From NCBI RefSeq assembly GCF_000315625.1, contig NW_005434664.1, positions 688,570 to 752,569 on the forward strand: 64,000 nucleotides of DNA, read 5' to 3'. The position numbers were made by a program, and so were the translations under genes. The stretch comes from Guillardia theta CCMP2712. Lineage: Eukaryota; Protista; Cryptophyta. Under the pieces are notes generated by a model that saw only the letters and a list, made by a program, of their open reading frames with translations, was not told the DNA's origin and searched no databases. Positions within the stretch are counted from its first letter, which is position 1. Each line of letters opens with the position of its first letter. Shown here one piece after another: positions 21,972 through 34,000 of this stretch.

Positions 21972-22922
21972 ATGGCGTCGTACAGCGTATGGCTGATGCT
22001 TTCTCCAGCGCCGGCGATGGTGTGCCGCGCGGCTATGCAGGAGGCCTCCGCTCTTGCACTCTCGTCAACTTCAGCTCCTCCTTGCCCCTCGTTCACACCT
22101 CACATCACACTCGTCGGTCGTTAGCGCCATTGCCTCCCGAACCACGGCTGAGGTTTCCTTTCCAGGAGACATCGTGCCGGGGAAAGACCAGAGAACGCCG
22201 GATGAGATTGTAGCACAGGTGACGTCTGAGAGATTCGATGATGATCGATGAGCCTCCCTCAGCTCACTGAGACGATCAAGCTGTCTGTGTCCTCGACCCT
22301 ACCGGACGGGTGGGAGGAGTGTGGGAGCGTCGGGGGTCGAAAATTTTGATTGTTGGCGCCGATAGCTGCATTCTTCGACCAAGGCGTGCAGCTGCCATGG
22401 ACAAAGGATGCGACACGTGGAACATGTGCGTGATGCTATGGATCGATGCCGAGGAATCATTGAGCAAGGTGAAGCTCTTCCTCCAACCCGGCTTTCTCCT
22501 GACCCTCATCAGCTGAGGGAGGAGATCATCGCGAGGACAGGCCTCCAAGTGGAAGCGAGGACGTTTCGCCCGCACATCTCGTTGCGTGAGCAGACGTGCA
22601 GCTCTGACGCTGTTGCTGCTGACTTACCGGCCCTGTGAAGTTTACGGAGTGCTCGACTTCGATAAGAGGGAGGAGATCGCTAGGGCTCTCAATGAGAGGT
22701 TCTTCGACGAGAGCGAGGATCTCAGCTTCAAGCTGCACAAGGTCTGCATGCTCGCATGCTCGTGCAGAGGCCTGATGCCTCGTCAGGTTGCTCTCGTGGA
22801 GTCTCCTGTGCCGGGATACGACGGCATCGGTGAGGCGGAGGGTTGAGAAGGAGGGTGCAAACAGAGTGACTGACGAGGGTCCAGGCGACTGGAAGGTTGT
22901 TTCTGAGATAGACATACAATGA
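21972..22922 (+). CDS. 2H phosphoesterase, cyclic phosphodiesterase (CPDase)-like, multi-exon
   Basis: MASYSVWLMLSP...FTPHITLVG, a second HxS motif FRPHISL, and C-terminal GDWKVVSEIDIQ*. Confidence 0.75.
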
Positions 22923-22935
22923 AAGGCGTCTTGAC

Positions 22936-25050
22936 TTATCTCGCCTGCATCTTCTTGTTCCTCCTCTTCTCCTCCATCCTCCTCTGCCCTCGAGCTCGTT
23001 CAGCAAAGGAGCAGCCGCAGAGAAAGCGACGAACAAACCTGCACCCTCAGCCTCTCCTCCTCCGCTTGCTTGGCCGCCTCGCTCATCTCCATGTCAGTCA
23101 AGATCTCCCTGCCGTGATCGTCTGTCAGCTCTCCAGCCTTGCCGGTGCTCAGACTAGTCTCCGCACCTGAAAGACTTGACCGACAGCGCTTCCACGTCAT
23201 CCTGGAACACTGTCAGCTCCTCCAGTGCACATCAGCCATGGGCTACCTCCTCCTCTTCCTCCTTTTCCTCTTCCTTGAACACCCGGACGTAGACCCTCTC
23301 GAGGCTGTCGGGCAGGAGGCGAACGGAATTGCTGCTCCGCAAGGTCACATCAGGATCACGTCCAGCCTGACCCCACCTGACATCCATGAGGTGCTGGGCG
23401 AGGAACCTGATGTCGTGCGCGTTGAGCTTGTCATGGACCTGTAGGGGAGCAGCGGGAAGGGTGAGGGGCAGAGGAGGAGGAGGAGGAGGAGGAGGAGGAG
23501 GAGGAGGAGGAGGAGGAGGCTATCCTTGCCTTCATCCAGTAGAAGAACTCGTCCACCGACATCGACCCGGTGTCCTCCATGGCAGCCCTGAAGGTCCTGC
23601 CGGCGACTTCAACGGAACCCTCGCACACAGCGCCAGCCAACCGGTCGAGGTTCTCGAAAGACTCATGCCTGACAAGGAGCTGAGAGATGATGGTGTGGAG
23701 CCGGCGGTCGAGGACGTCTTGTTCTGACTTTCTCTTCGCCTCCTGTCAAGCAGCATGAGCTGAATGCCGTCGGGTTCAAGGCGGAGGAGCCTGCTGAAGA
23801 CTCTCGAGGATCTTTGCCTTTCCTTGGCTCACGATGGAAGGAGGAGGAAACTGTCAGGTATCATCATGAATGGTGCGAGATCGATCTACCCTTCTCACCC
23901 TGATCTCTGGATTTTCTCGCAGGTCAAGAACGGACAAGTGAGTCATCAGATGCAGGCTGATGTCTACCCCCTGTCGAGATGTTGTCATGTGCTGATGGCA
24001 CAGGAGACGAGGAGAGGACCTGAAGCTTGTTGTTGCTCGCGTGTAGCTCCCTCAGGCTGGTGAGAGCGGTGAGAGCTGGGAGGTTCTCGATCTGGAAGCG
24101 ACAAGTACAAGAGTGAAGAAGCGAAGGAACAGGGGGAACAAGCTGACCTGGTTGTTAGACAACTGTAACGTAACAAGACTTATCATCCCTTGAATGCTAC
24201 GAGGAAGCCGTTTGATTTTGTTGTTGTTCATGTACAAGCTGCCGATGTTCTTGCAGAGGCCGATGGCCTTGGGGATGGCCTGAAGGAAGTTGTGTGAGAC
24301 GTCGAGGGAGGTCAGGCTGGTGAGGAACTCGAGGCACTCGTTGGGGAGGGTCTTGATGCGGTTGTTGCTGAGCTGGAGAGTGTGGAGGTTGTAGAGCTTC
24401 TTCAAGGTTGAGGGCATGTCGTACACGAAGTTGAAGTCTGACAAGAGCTCCAGCATCGACTCCCCTATGAAGCCCAGCTGCTCAGGGAGCGAGCGCAGCT
24501 GGTTGTACCGCAAGTCCAGGGAGCGGAGGGAGCGCGAGTACCCGAGGCTGTTGGGGATGGTGACGAGCATGTTCTCAGAGACGTCGAGGCGGGCAAGCGA
24601 CATCATGTCCTCCATGTCCGGCAGAGTTGCAAGCTTGTTGCCTCGCACCTCCAGTCGCTGGAGGCGAGTGAGATGAGCGAGGGAGGGAGGGAGAGCTGTC
24701 AGGAGGTTGCGGTTGAGGAGAAGCTCTTCAAGGCTCGTCATGTGCATGACGCTGTCTGGCAGCACAGCAAGGTAGTTGCCGGACACGTCCAGCCTCACCA
24801 GGTGATCGAAACGCTCCAGATGCCTTGGCAGCCTGGAAATCCTCTCGTCCTGCATCGCTATGGCGTCGCAGACCTCCCGGGGGAAGCGGAGCAGCATGGC
24901 ATCTGACCGGAGGATCTTAGTCTTGACGGCCTTGGGATGCTTCTCCTCTGCCTCTCCCTGCCTGCTCTTCTCCCTCATCGCTTCGCGCGTCCTCAGCTGC
25001 ACTTGAACTCGCTCAGCCAGGCGCTCTCGCTCTCGCTCTGCCGCCTCCAT
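22936..25050 (-). CDS. Leucine-rich repeat protein, multi-exon; 3' exons approximate
   Basis: About 11 LxxLxLxxNxLxxLP repeats in 24052-25050; further GT-AG exons to ...NKKMQAR*. Confidence 0.8.
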
Positions 25051-25721
25051 GAGGGAGAGGCGAAGGAGAGGGGGGAGGAGGAGAGGGAGGGATAGACCGA
25101 GAGATGGCAGGAAGGAAGGGAGAGAAGGAGGAAGGGGACAGAGTGAGTGAGTGAGTGAGTGAGTGAGTGAGTGAGTGAGTGAGAAAGGGAGGGAGGGAGG
25201 CGAGGGAGGGAGGGAAAGGAGGGAGGGAAAGGAAGGAAAGGAGGGAGGGAGAGAGCAACAGGGAGGGCAGGGGAGTTAAAAGGCGTGTACGATTAAAACC
25301 GATAGAAACGGCCCGATTTCAGTCAGGTTGCGAATNNNNNNNNNNNNNNNNNNNNNNNNNNNNNNNNNNNNNNNNNNNNNNNNNNNNNNNNNNNNNNNNN
25401 NNNNNNNNNNNNNNNNNNNNNNNNNNNNNNNNNNNGGAGGGACTTTGTATCGACAATGGCATTGCTTTCGCCTCGAAGAGCATATCAATAAAAACCTGGC
25501 TGCCACGTCTTCAACCATGTGACTGAGAGGAATGAGCAAAGGAGTAGTGATAGAAGAGGTTTTTATTTTGATGGAAGAATATATCAGTATACCAGAAGTG
25601 AATGTAGGTTTGATGGAAGGAAACATCAGTTAGAAACAGTGAGATAAGTATACTTTAGAATCAGGTTGATACTTCAGAATCAGGTTGATACTGTTAACTC
25701 GCATGTACCGCGAAGACTCTC

Positions 25722-28700
25722 CTATATATCGAGCAGGTTGTAGGACCTGGGAAGAGAGTCTTGGGTCGCTCGAATCGACTGAGAGAAAGTCCTGAGAAGG
25801 TGCGAGGATCGAGTAGAACTCACCTCGTGAGGAGGAGGAGGAGGTGCGTGAGGAGGACTAGAGAAGGTCTGGAGGAGGAGGAGGAGGATAAGGAGGAGGA
25901 GGAGGAGGAGGAGGAGGAGGAGAAAGAGGAGGAGAAAGAGAAGGAGCAGGAGGAGGAGGTGGGGGGGGGGGGGGAGGAAGTCAGCAGTGACAGGAACACA
26001 AGACGTCTATCAACTGACCTTCTTATGATCAACAACCTCGACGATGATGTGGCCACCTACACAGCTTCACCTTGAAAGCAGGAACAACCATCTCTTCCTC
26101 TGCTCCTACCTTTCATGCTTCTCCTCAGGACAGCCAAGATGTCTGACGCCTGAGGTCGCTGAGGAAGAGGAGGAGTGAGAGGAACAAGGGAACTGAGAGC
26201 GTCTCGCTCACGTGCTGGGGCTCGTAGGAGAAGCATCTTTCCAGCAGATGCCTCAACGGCTCCTCGATCCTCGAAGGGATCTGCCAATCACAATCAGGAG
26301 CCTGGGACGATCCCCGGACCCTACAGCATGCCCACTTTCACCCCCTTACTTCGGCTACGACAACCAGCGTCTCCTCCCTCCCTCCCTCCCTCCCCCTCCT
26401 CCACCATGACTACCATCACCACCACCTCCGTCACCTCAGGGGCGATGCGAAGCTCGACGACGGTCTTGTGGATCATTCCGTGCTGCATCCCGTGCCACGG
26501 CGTCTTCCCTGCCCCCCGCACTCACTCGCACGCACCAGAACGTCTCGACTGACCTTCCAGCATATAGCACACCGAAGCTGCCGCAGACCAGACGTCACTG
26601 GCTGGGCCCAGCTCCCCCCCTCCTGCTCCGAACGCCTCTGGCGCGAGGTAGTTGGGAGTACCTTCCCCTGGCTGCATGTCAGCTGAGGGAGCAACAGCAT
26701 GCACACAGAGACTCTGCTCTATCTTGACGGACGACGCGCCAGGCAAAAGAAGCTCTGCGATTCCTGCAGGAGGTGATGAGCCTCCGAGAGGCGAGGGAGA
26801 GGAAGAAGAAGAGGAAGAAGAAGAGGAAGAGGAAGAGGAAGAGGAAGAGGAAGAGGAAGAGGGAGAGGAAGAAGAAGAAGAAGAAGAGGAAGAGGAAGAG
26901 GAAGAGGAAGAGGAGAAAGAAGAAGGAAGTGGAAGACGAAAGCAGGGGGTTAGAGGAAGAGTAGAACACCTAGATCGGCGATGTACAGGTTCTCCTGATC
27001 GTCCTGGACAAGAAAGAATCATGATGAGGAAAGGGTTAGGAGTTCGAGGAGAGAGGGCGGGGAAGAGAAGGAGGAAGATGAGGAATTGTCACGGAGGCTC
27101 ACCAGGAGGATGTTGGAAGGATTCAGGTCTCTGATGACGATGCGACGCTGATGCAGCTCCCTTACAGCAGAGAAGAGATCGAAGACGAACTTGAGGAGAT
27201 GCTCCTGGACCTTCTGGAGCTCAAGAGTGTCAGTCGCTGACATGGTCAGGCAGGGAAGGAGCGGTGTGAGGAGGAGCGGGAGGAGCGGGAGGAGGAGGAG
27301 GACACCTGCCAAGGGGTGGACAGGACGTAGTCGACGAGTGACATCTTGTACCGACGAAAGATCCTGTTCCCTCCCCCCGTCAGCGATCGCTCACTAGTCA
27401 GACAGCCGGAAGAGTCTCACAGGCAGCGCTTCCCTGGGGTCCAGGTGGAGGACCCGATCAGCTGGACAACTCCTGGGCACCCGACAGAGGCCATGAGCGT
27501 CTTCCACTCCCTCTCGAAGAACTGCTCCTGCTCTCAGGTCAGGCAGCAGCAGCACAGGCCCTCCTCCTCCTCACCTCCCTCTCCTCCTCCAGTTCGGGCC
27601 ATCCCTTCACTGCCACCTCCGCCTCCTCCCCTTGGAAGCGCAGGCTCCCCATCCACACCATGCTCCACGCCCCCTTCCCCAGCACCCTCTTCTTGTCCAC
27701 CGTCAGATACTCCTCACCGATGGCCCAGGAGCGACTCGCTCGCCACAGCCGCAGCTCCTCCTGCTTCTGCTTGTCGTCGCGAAGCTCCAGGCTCATCTCC
27801 TCTCCTGTCACGGGGCTGCAGGGCCCGTTCCTCATGAACCAGCTCTCGATCGCCCTCCTCTCGTAGCTGAACCCGTCAGCCGCCAGCACAGGGTCGACCA
27901 GGACCATCTTGAGGATGGGGCAGAGCAGCGTCGCCCTCCCCCACGGGGCGTCCCCTCCCTGCAAGCACGAGACCTTGGGCTTCACTCCCATCTTCGCAGT
28001 CGTCTGCTCCACCACAGCCTGCCATTCTCGATCGATCTTCTTATGCTCTGCCCTCAAGTCCATCCGCTCCCTCCCCACCTCCTCCTTGCGCACGCCTCCT
28101 GGATTGAGCCCCTGGGGTACAGTCTCCTCGAAGTCGTCGTCGTCCACCATCCTGTTCTCGATGCCGCTGTCGTGATGGGCCCCGTTCCTCCTCAGCGCGC
28201 TGTCGCTGAACTTGGTCCTCCCATCGTAGCTGACGCGCGTCTGGACGCCGTTGTGCTGCATCACTCCCTCCAGGGGACAGTCGAGCACGAACGTCCCCTG
28301 GAACAGCCTCCCGTCCTCCCACGAGTACACCCCCTTCCCCGACTTCATCCCGTGCTTCCACTCTCCCTGCGCCCACAACGTCACTTGCTGACGCCCGTCC
28401 CCCCTCCCCCCTCACCTCGTAGAACCTCCCGTTGGTGCACGTGTACTTGCCGTACCCATGGCACTTGTCCTCCATGTAGCTCCCCTCGTACACGTTTCCG
28501 TTGGCCTTGACGAACATACCCTGCCCCTCTGCCTTTCCCCGCACCCACTCGCCCTTGTACGAGCTGCCGTCCGTGTACCACAGCATCCCATGGCCGTGCT
28601 GCAGCCCGTTTCGCCATGCTCCCTCGTACCTGTTGCCGGTGCCCAGGACCAACTTGCCCTGCCCATCCTTCTTGTCGTTCTTCCACTCCCCCTCGTACAC

Positions 28701-29054
28701 GTCACCTGCACCCCATCTTGATCAAAAGATGGGGAGGAAGGCTGGGAGGGCTGGGAGGATGGGCGGATACATGGAGGGGGCGAGGAGAGGGGGCGAGGAG
28801 AGGGAAGGTGGAAGCGAGGAAGAGGAGGGAGGGGAGGGAGGAGAGGGAAGGTGGAAGCGAGGAAGAGGAGGGAGGGGAGGGAGCGAGGAAGAGGAGGGAG
28901 GGGAGGGAAGGGGAGGGGAGGAGAAGAGAGGGGAGGGAGAGAGGGATCGCAGACCATTCTTCCATGTCTTCCTGCCCTTCCCCTCTCTCTTGCCTCCCTT
29001 CATCTCCCCTTCGTAGGTGCTGCCGCTCCAGTACGTCTTGGTCGACCGTGACAT
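25722..29054 (-). CDS. MORN-repeat / U-box / protein kinase multidomain protein; 3' end approximate
   Basis: MORN repeats (YEGEWKNDKKDGQG, YEGAWRNGLQHGHG...). U-box LCPILKMVLVDPVLAADGFSYERRAIESWF...SPVTG. Kinase LGKGAWSMV, VAVK, IRDLNPSNILL, IADLG, GTPNYLAPE, SDVWS. Confidence 0.85.
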
Positions 29055-29102
29055 GCTGTGCCTCTGAACCCTCCGCCTCCTCCAGCTCCGGATCCCGGGG
29101 GC

Positions 29103-30803
29103 GGGCAATCATCAATTTCCAATCAACAAATTTTTGGAGTAATCATTTTCCAATCAACGAAAGTTTGCAGTAATCATTTTCCAATCAACTTTTGAAACAA
29201 TAATCATTTTCCAATCAAAACTCCCCGTTTCGTACCGTTACACGTATCTGAAACGGTCGTAACCGTATACTTTTGCAATCATTTTCCAATCAAAATCAAC
29301 TTTCAAACTTTCAACTCTCCATTTTGGAACTTTACCCCACCCCTCCACCCCCCTTTAAACCCTCCGTTCGGACCCCTCCCCATGACCCACCCCTCGAAGC
29401 CCACAGCGGCTACCCCCTTCATAACCAGGACTTGGTATCAAAAATACCGGTACTATCCAGTACCCCGGTGTCACATGATGGGGTCGGTGGTCCACCCTAC
29501 CCCATGTACCAGTCTATCAGTCAAACACACCGGTGTGTTTTGAGGCATCATGTCCCCTACTTCGGCCACTGGCAGCACCGTGGCACGGTGCCTAGTGGCA
29601 CGGCAGTATCGCCAAGTAGTATGTCATTCATCTCTATCATACAAACATTCCGTACGCAACTGGATCTGCCCCCTGAATTGTCTTGCGAAGACGTTCTGCG
29701 TGCGGCTTACCCTTTGTTGGCCGGACTACCATACCCCTCCGAACCAGCAGCTGTTGGTTTGTGGCCTGCTGCACAGTGGTTGGCGAACAAGTTTTTTGGC
29801 CCGTCCAGTATACCTTCCAACGAGCAGTTCACACCCACTGTCAGGCTGCCACCCGAATCATTTCCCATCGGAGAGCCTCCGATACAATCTGCCTTGCCTC
29901 AGGCCCGGGGATCGCCTGCCACCATATCATTCAATGTGGAAGCGGCCATTACCTCTCCCTCTGCGGCGGCAGTCACACACGACACATCTGATTCTCACGG
30001 TTTCGACTTGGCAAGCCCGTTCATCGGTTCAGACTCCGAGTCTGAACCGGATTTGGATTTGACCGCGGATGCGCCTGTGTATGCGGATTCGGCCGCAGAC
30101 TTGGATCATGGGGGATGTTCTTTCACTCGTCGTGCGGCATGTTTCAAGGACCGGCCCTTGCGTGACCACGCCGCCCTGTTGCAGGGCCAACATTTCCTGT
30201 CAAGAAAAGAATGTACGGGCTATATTGAACGAATCAATTTGGAGCATGGATGCAGAGGCATTAGGACTGTGGATCCTGGCAGACACTACTTTTATAACAT
30301 TGTGTGCCAGTGTAGTAGTTGTCCATACTTTTTGAGAATCCACCTCACACAGACCGCCAATTCTTCCACTACGAATTACTGGATTGTGGATTGCTCAAAG
30401 AGTATTACCAAGCACTCCATTGATCTGTGTATATCAGTCGGAAAGGCCAGCGTCAATTTTTTGGTACAGAATGACTACTTCCGGCATCTTGTGTATTCTT
30501 CTCGNNNNNNNNNNNNNNNNNNNNNNNNNNNNNNNNNNNNNNNNNNNNNNNNNNNNNNNNNNNNNNNNNNNNNNNNNNNNNNNNNNNNNNNNNNNNNNNN
30601 NNNNGTTGATTTTGATTGGAAAATGATTGCAAAAGTATACGGTTACGACCGTTTCAGATACGTGTAACGGTACGAAACGGGGAGTTTTGATTGGAAAATG
30701 ATTATTGTTTCAAAAAGTTGATTGGAAAATGATTACTGCAAACTTTCGTTGATTGGAAAATGATTACTCCAAAAATTTGTTGATTGGAAATTGATGATTG
30801 CCC
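29103..30803 (+). mobile_element. Mutator-like (MULE) DNA transposon
   Basis: Near-perfect TIRs 29103-29300 and 30605-30803 starting GGGCAATC, with internal AATCATTTTCCAATCAA repeats; 9-bp TSD CCCGGGGGC at 29094-29102 and 30804-30812. Confidence 0.9.
29621..30504 (+). CDS. MULE transposase N-terminal part (MuDR/WRKY-GCM1-type Zn DNA-binding domain), truncated by gap
   Basis: FLSRKECTGYIERIN...YNIVCQCSSCPYFLRIH...YWIV...KHSIDLC pattern inside the TIRs; DDE domain not visible. Confidence 0.65.
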
Positions 30804-31056
30804 CCCGGGGGCAGGAATTTTATTAGGAATAGGTGGGGGAAGGCGGAGGAGGCGGGGGGCGGGGGGGGGTGGGGAAGAGGGGGGAGAGGGGAGGAGGAGA
30901 GGGGAAGGGGAGGGAAAGGAAGAGATCTTGCACGCCAGTGCGACAGAGGAATCGTCAAACATGTGAGCATGCTTTATGTACAACTGAGCTCCCACGAGCC
31001 TCCTCCTCCTCACCCCCCAACACTATACATCCTCGTCGATCACGGTCTCTATCCCG

Positions 31057-34000
31057 TCAGAGCTTCTCCACGTAGTTGGCCGGGACAAGTCCGAGCTGTG
31101 AGGGAACAAGGTTAGTCGCAAGGCTGCGGCCTGTAGGGTACCTGGTCGTGCTGCTTGGCAACATACCATCCCTCCTGTGCGAGGCCGATGAGCATCATGG
31201 AACTGCCTGTCTCTGCCGATCCGAAGTCAGATCAATGCAGGAGGACGAGGAAGAGAAGATGAGGAGTTGATGGAAGAAGCAGAGAGGAGGAAGTGGTGGT
31301 GTTGATCGAGGAGGAGGAGGAGGAGCAGAAGTAGGAGGAGGAGGAAAAACCTATGTCAAGCTCGTCGAGCTCCGAAGCCTTGTAGTCGAAGAGAGCTCGA
31401 GCAGGGATGTTCTTTTCGAATCTGAGGGTCCAGATGTTACCGAAGTGAATAAAAACGCTTGTTTCGTTCCTCCCTCATCTCCCCTCCTCCTTGCCGCCCC
31501 TCGCCCCTCCTTCCCCCTCACCTCTCCTCCATCTCGAACAACTCCTCCTCGTCCTCGGGGCTCTTGTGGCTCCCGTCGTGCCTCGTCGAAGCCTCTAGCG
31601 TCCTGTCGTTGGCATCCTCAACAGACGCAGGAGACTGCACCGGCTCCTCGATCTCGAACAGCTCTGCTGGCGACAGGAGCGCAGACTCCTTGGCAACCTG
31701 CCTGGCGACCCTCCTCTCCGACTTGATCTTCGTGTAGCTCTTGAGCGTCTCCACCCGATCAGCGAGCCCCATGCACATCTTCTTCAGCTCCTTCAGCTCC
31801 TCCTCTGCCTTCACCATGTTGTCGATCCCTCCCTCCAGCACCAGGCGCGACAGCTTGCAGCTCTCCGTGAACTGCCGGCTCTCGTCCGCCATGGCCTGAT
31901 GCCGCAGCCCGACGAGGCGCGCGGCTTCATGCAGGATGTCAACGTCGTGCGGGTTGTACACCTCCGCCTCCCTCCACCTGCACGCCTGCAGCACCCCACC
32001 ACCTCCCCGTTTGGCCACTGCACAGGCACACAGGCCATGGGCCCGACCTCCTTGTCCTCCCGGATGGTCCAGCGGGTGAGGTAGGCTCCGTCAGTCTCAG
32101 GGTCGTAGCGCTCGTCCTCCCCCGGCGTGTCCACGAGGACCGTCTGCTCGTTGTGGACGGCGTGAAACAGGAGCCCCTTGCTCCCCAGCTGTACGTCCAT
32201 CACGTGCGTCACGCTCTCCTTCTCCCACGAGTCGTTGCTCGACAGGTTCGACTCCGACTTCTGCAGCTCCGCAGGCAGGATGGCCTCCATCATGCGCGCC
32301 GCGTACTGCTCCACCGACTTGTCCGACACCAGGGCGCGGAGCACGAGCCCCCCGTCCTTGTTGGAGAGCAGGAGGTAGACGACGCACATCTCGCAGGAGA
32401 CGAGCTGGCGAGTGAGGGGGCACGCGATGGCCAGCAGGTCCTCCATCGTCCTGCAGTCGAGGATGTAGCGTCCCAGGAGGCCGCTGGCTCGGCTGAACCT
32501 CTTGTGCTGCCTCTCCACCTCGTCCACCACACTCCCAGCTCCGTTCCTCCTCACCTCGTGCTCAGCTGCAAGCCTGGCAGCGGTCAGAGCCGAGTGAGCC
32601 TTCTCAAGGTCCCTGCTGTGCTCAGCGTCTGCCGAGTCGAGCTCTTTCTGAAGCCTGCTGCACTCGGCCCTGAGCTCCTCCTTCTCCTTCGTCGCCTCTT
32701 CGCGCCATCTCTCCATCCTCACCAGCTCTGACCGAGAAGCGTCCAGCTGAGTCCTTATGGCCTTCACTTTGCACTGCAGTGTAGCCACGTCATCGTCCTC
32801 TCCGTCGACCTCTTCCTCTTCCACGGCTCTGGCTTCCGATGTCAGTATGTCCTGGTGCTCCTGGGCCACAGAGAAGAGAAACTCCACGTCCCCTTGCAGC
32901 GCCAGCAGCTGCGACAGCATCTCTTCGGCCTGTCCACCAGCGAGCCCAAGGGTCTCGGCCCTTCTTCTCAGCTCCACCTGGTCGTTCTTGGACGACTCAG
33001 ACGAGAGCCAACCCGCTTGCCTTGTCTGCTCCGCCTCCTTACAGCAAGACAAGAGGAGGGTTGAGATCTTGTCGATGTTCGAGTCTAGGACCAGCAGGCG
33101 GTCCAAGATCAAGCTGTCTTCACCTGCTGACATAACTTCGCGTCTCTTCTGCTGCAGCTGGGTTTCCTGGGCGACCATGGAAGCCTCGAGGCGAGCCATC
33201 TTGTCCATGTGCCTCTTGAGTCTCTCCAACAGGTCGCACTGCACTCGGTCGATGAGAGAGAGTGCAGTCTCATAGCTTGAGCAATGCTCTGCGAAGTGAA
33301 CGCCGAACTGTCTCTCATCCAAGAGCATCTCTTCCAAATCATTGTTCATGACGTGCCGTTCCTCCAATGTCTCTCGGAGATCTCCCATCGCCTTGTCTTG
33401 CTCCTCAAGTCTCGTCTTCATCGCATCAACCTCCTCCATCAGCGAATCCCGTTCCTGCCGCACGAGAATCATTTCCTCCTTACATCCTTCCAACTCTGCC
33501 CGAAGTTCCGACGCCTCTTTGGATGTCTGTGCAACCGAGGCTTCTAGTTCAGCTGCCTTTGCTGTTGAGGTTCGCAACTCTTTGCTCAGCTCTCGCGCAT
33601 GTTCGGCACTGTCAGTCTCCATCCCCTTCCTCCACTTCTGCTCCTCCTCGTACTCCACCTGCAGCTCCGCAAACTTCTTGCGCTGCACCTCCATAGATTG
33701 TTTGAGGGCTGACGTTCGTGCAAGAGCAGCCTCCATACGAGCATCGAGCCCTGGCCCGGGGCAGCTGTTTGCAGCTTCGTCTGGTGGATCATTTTCTTCC
33801 CGCAACACAGCCCTCAGTCTTGTCAGGAATTCAGTGAAGGACGTCTTCTCGGCACTTGCTTCTCGTCTCAACTCGGCAACTGATGCCCCCACACTATCGA
33901 GACCCCCCATGGCGTCACAGAAATCTTCTAGTCGCTCAGCGTGCTTTCCAAGGGAGGAGGAGAGGGCTGCATGCAGACCTCCGTAGTCCTCAGCCCTCTG

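Noticed and set aside
25276-25696. Possible TTAA-flanked piggyBac or integrase fragment (CIDNGIAFASK; 17-bp duplication 25657-25692)
   Set aside because: No terminal inverted repeat, the fragment is too short and a gap interrupts it
29110-29300. Regularly spaced AATCATTTTCCAATCAA repeats resembling a CRISPR array
   Set aside because: Spacers are short, the array is mirrored in the opposite TIR, there are no cas genes and the context is eukaryotic: these are transposon subterminal repeats
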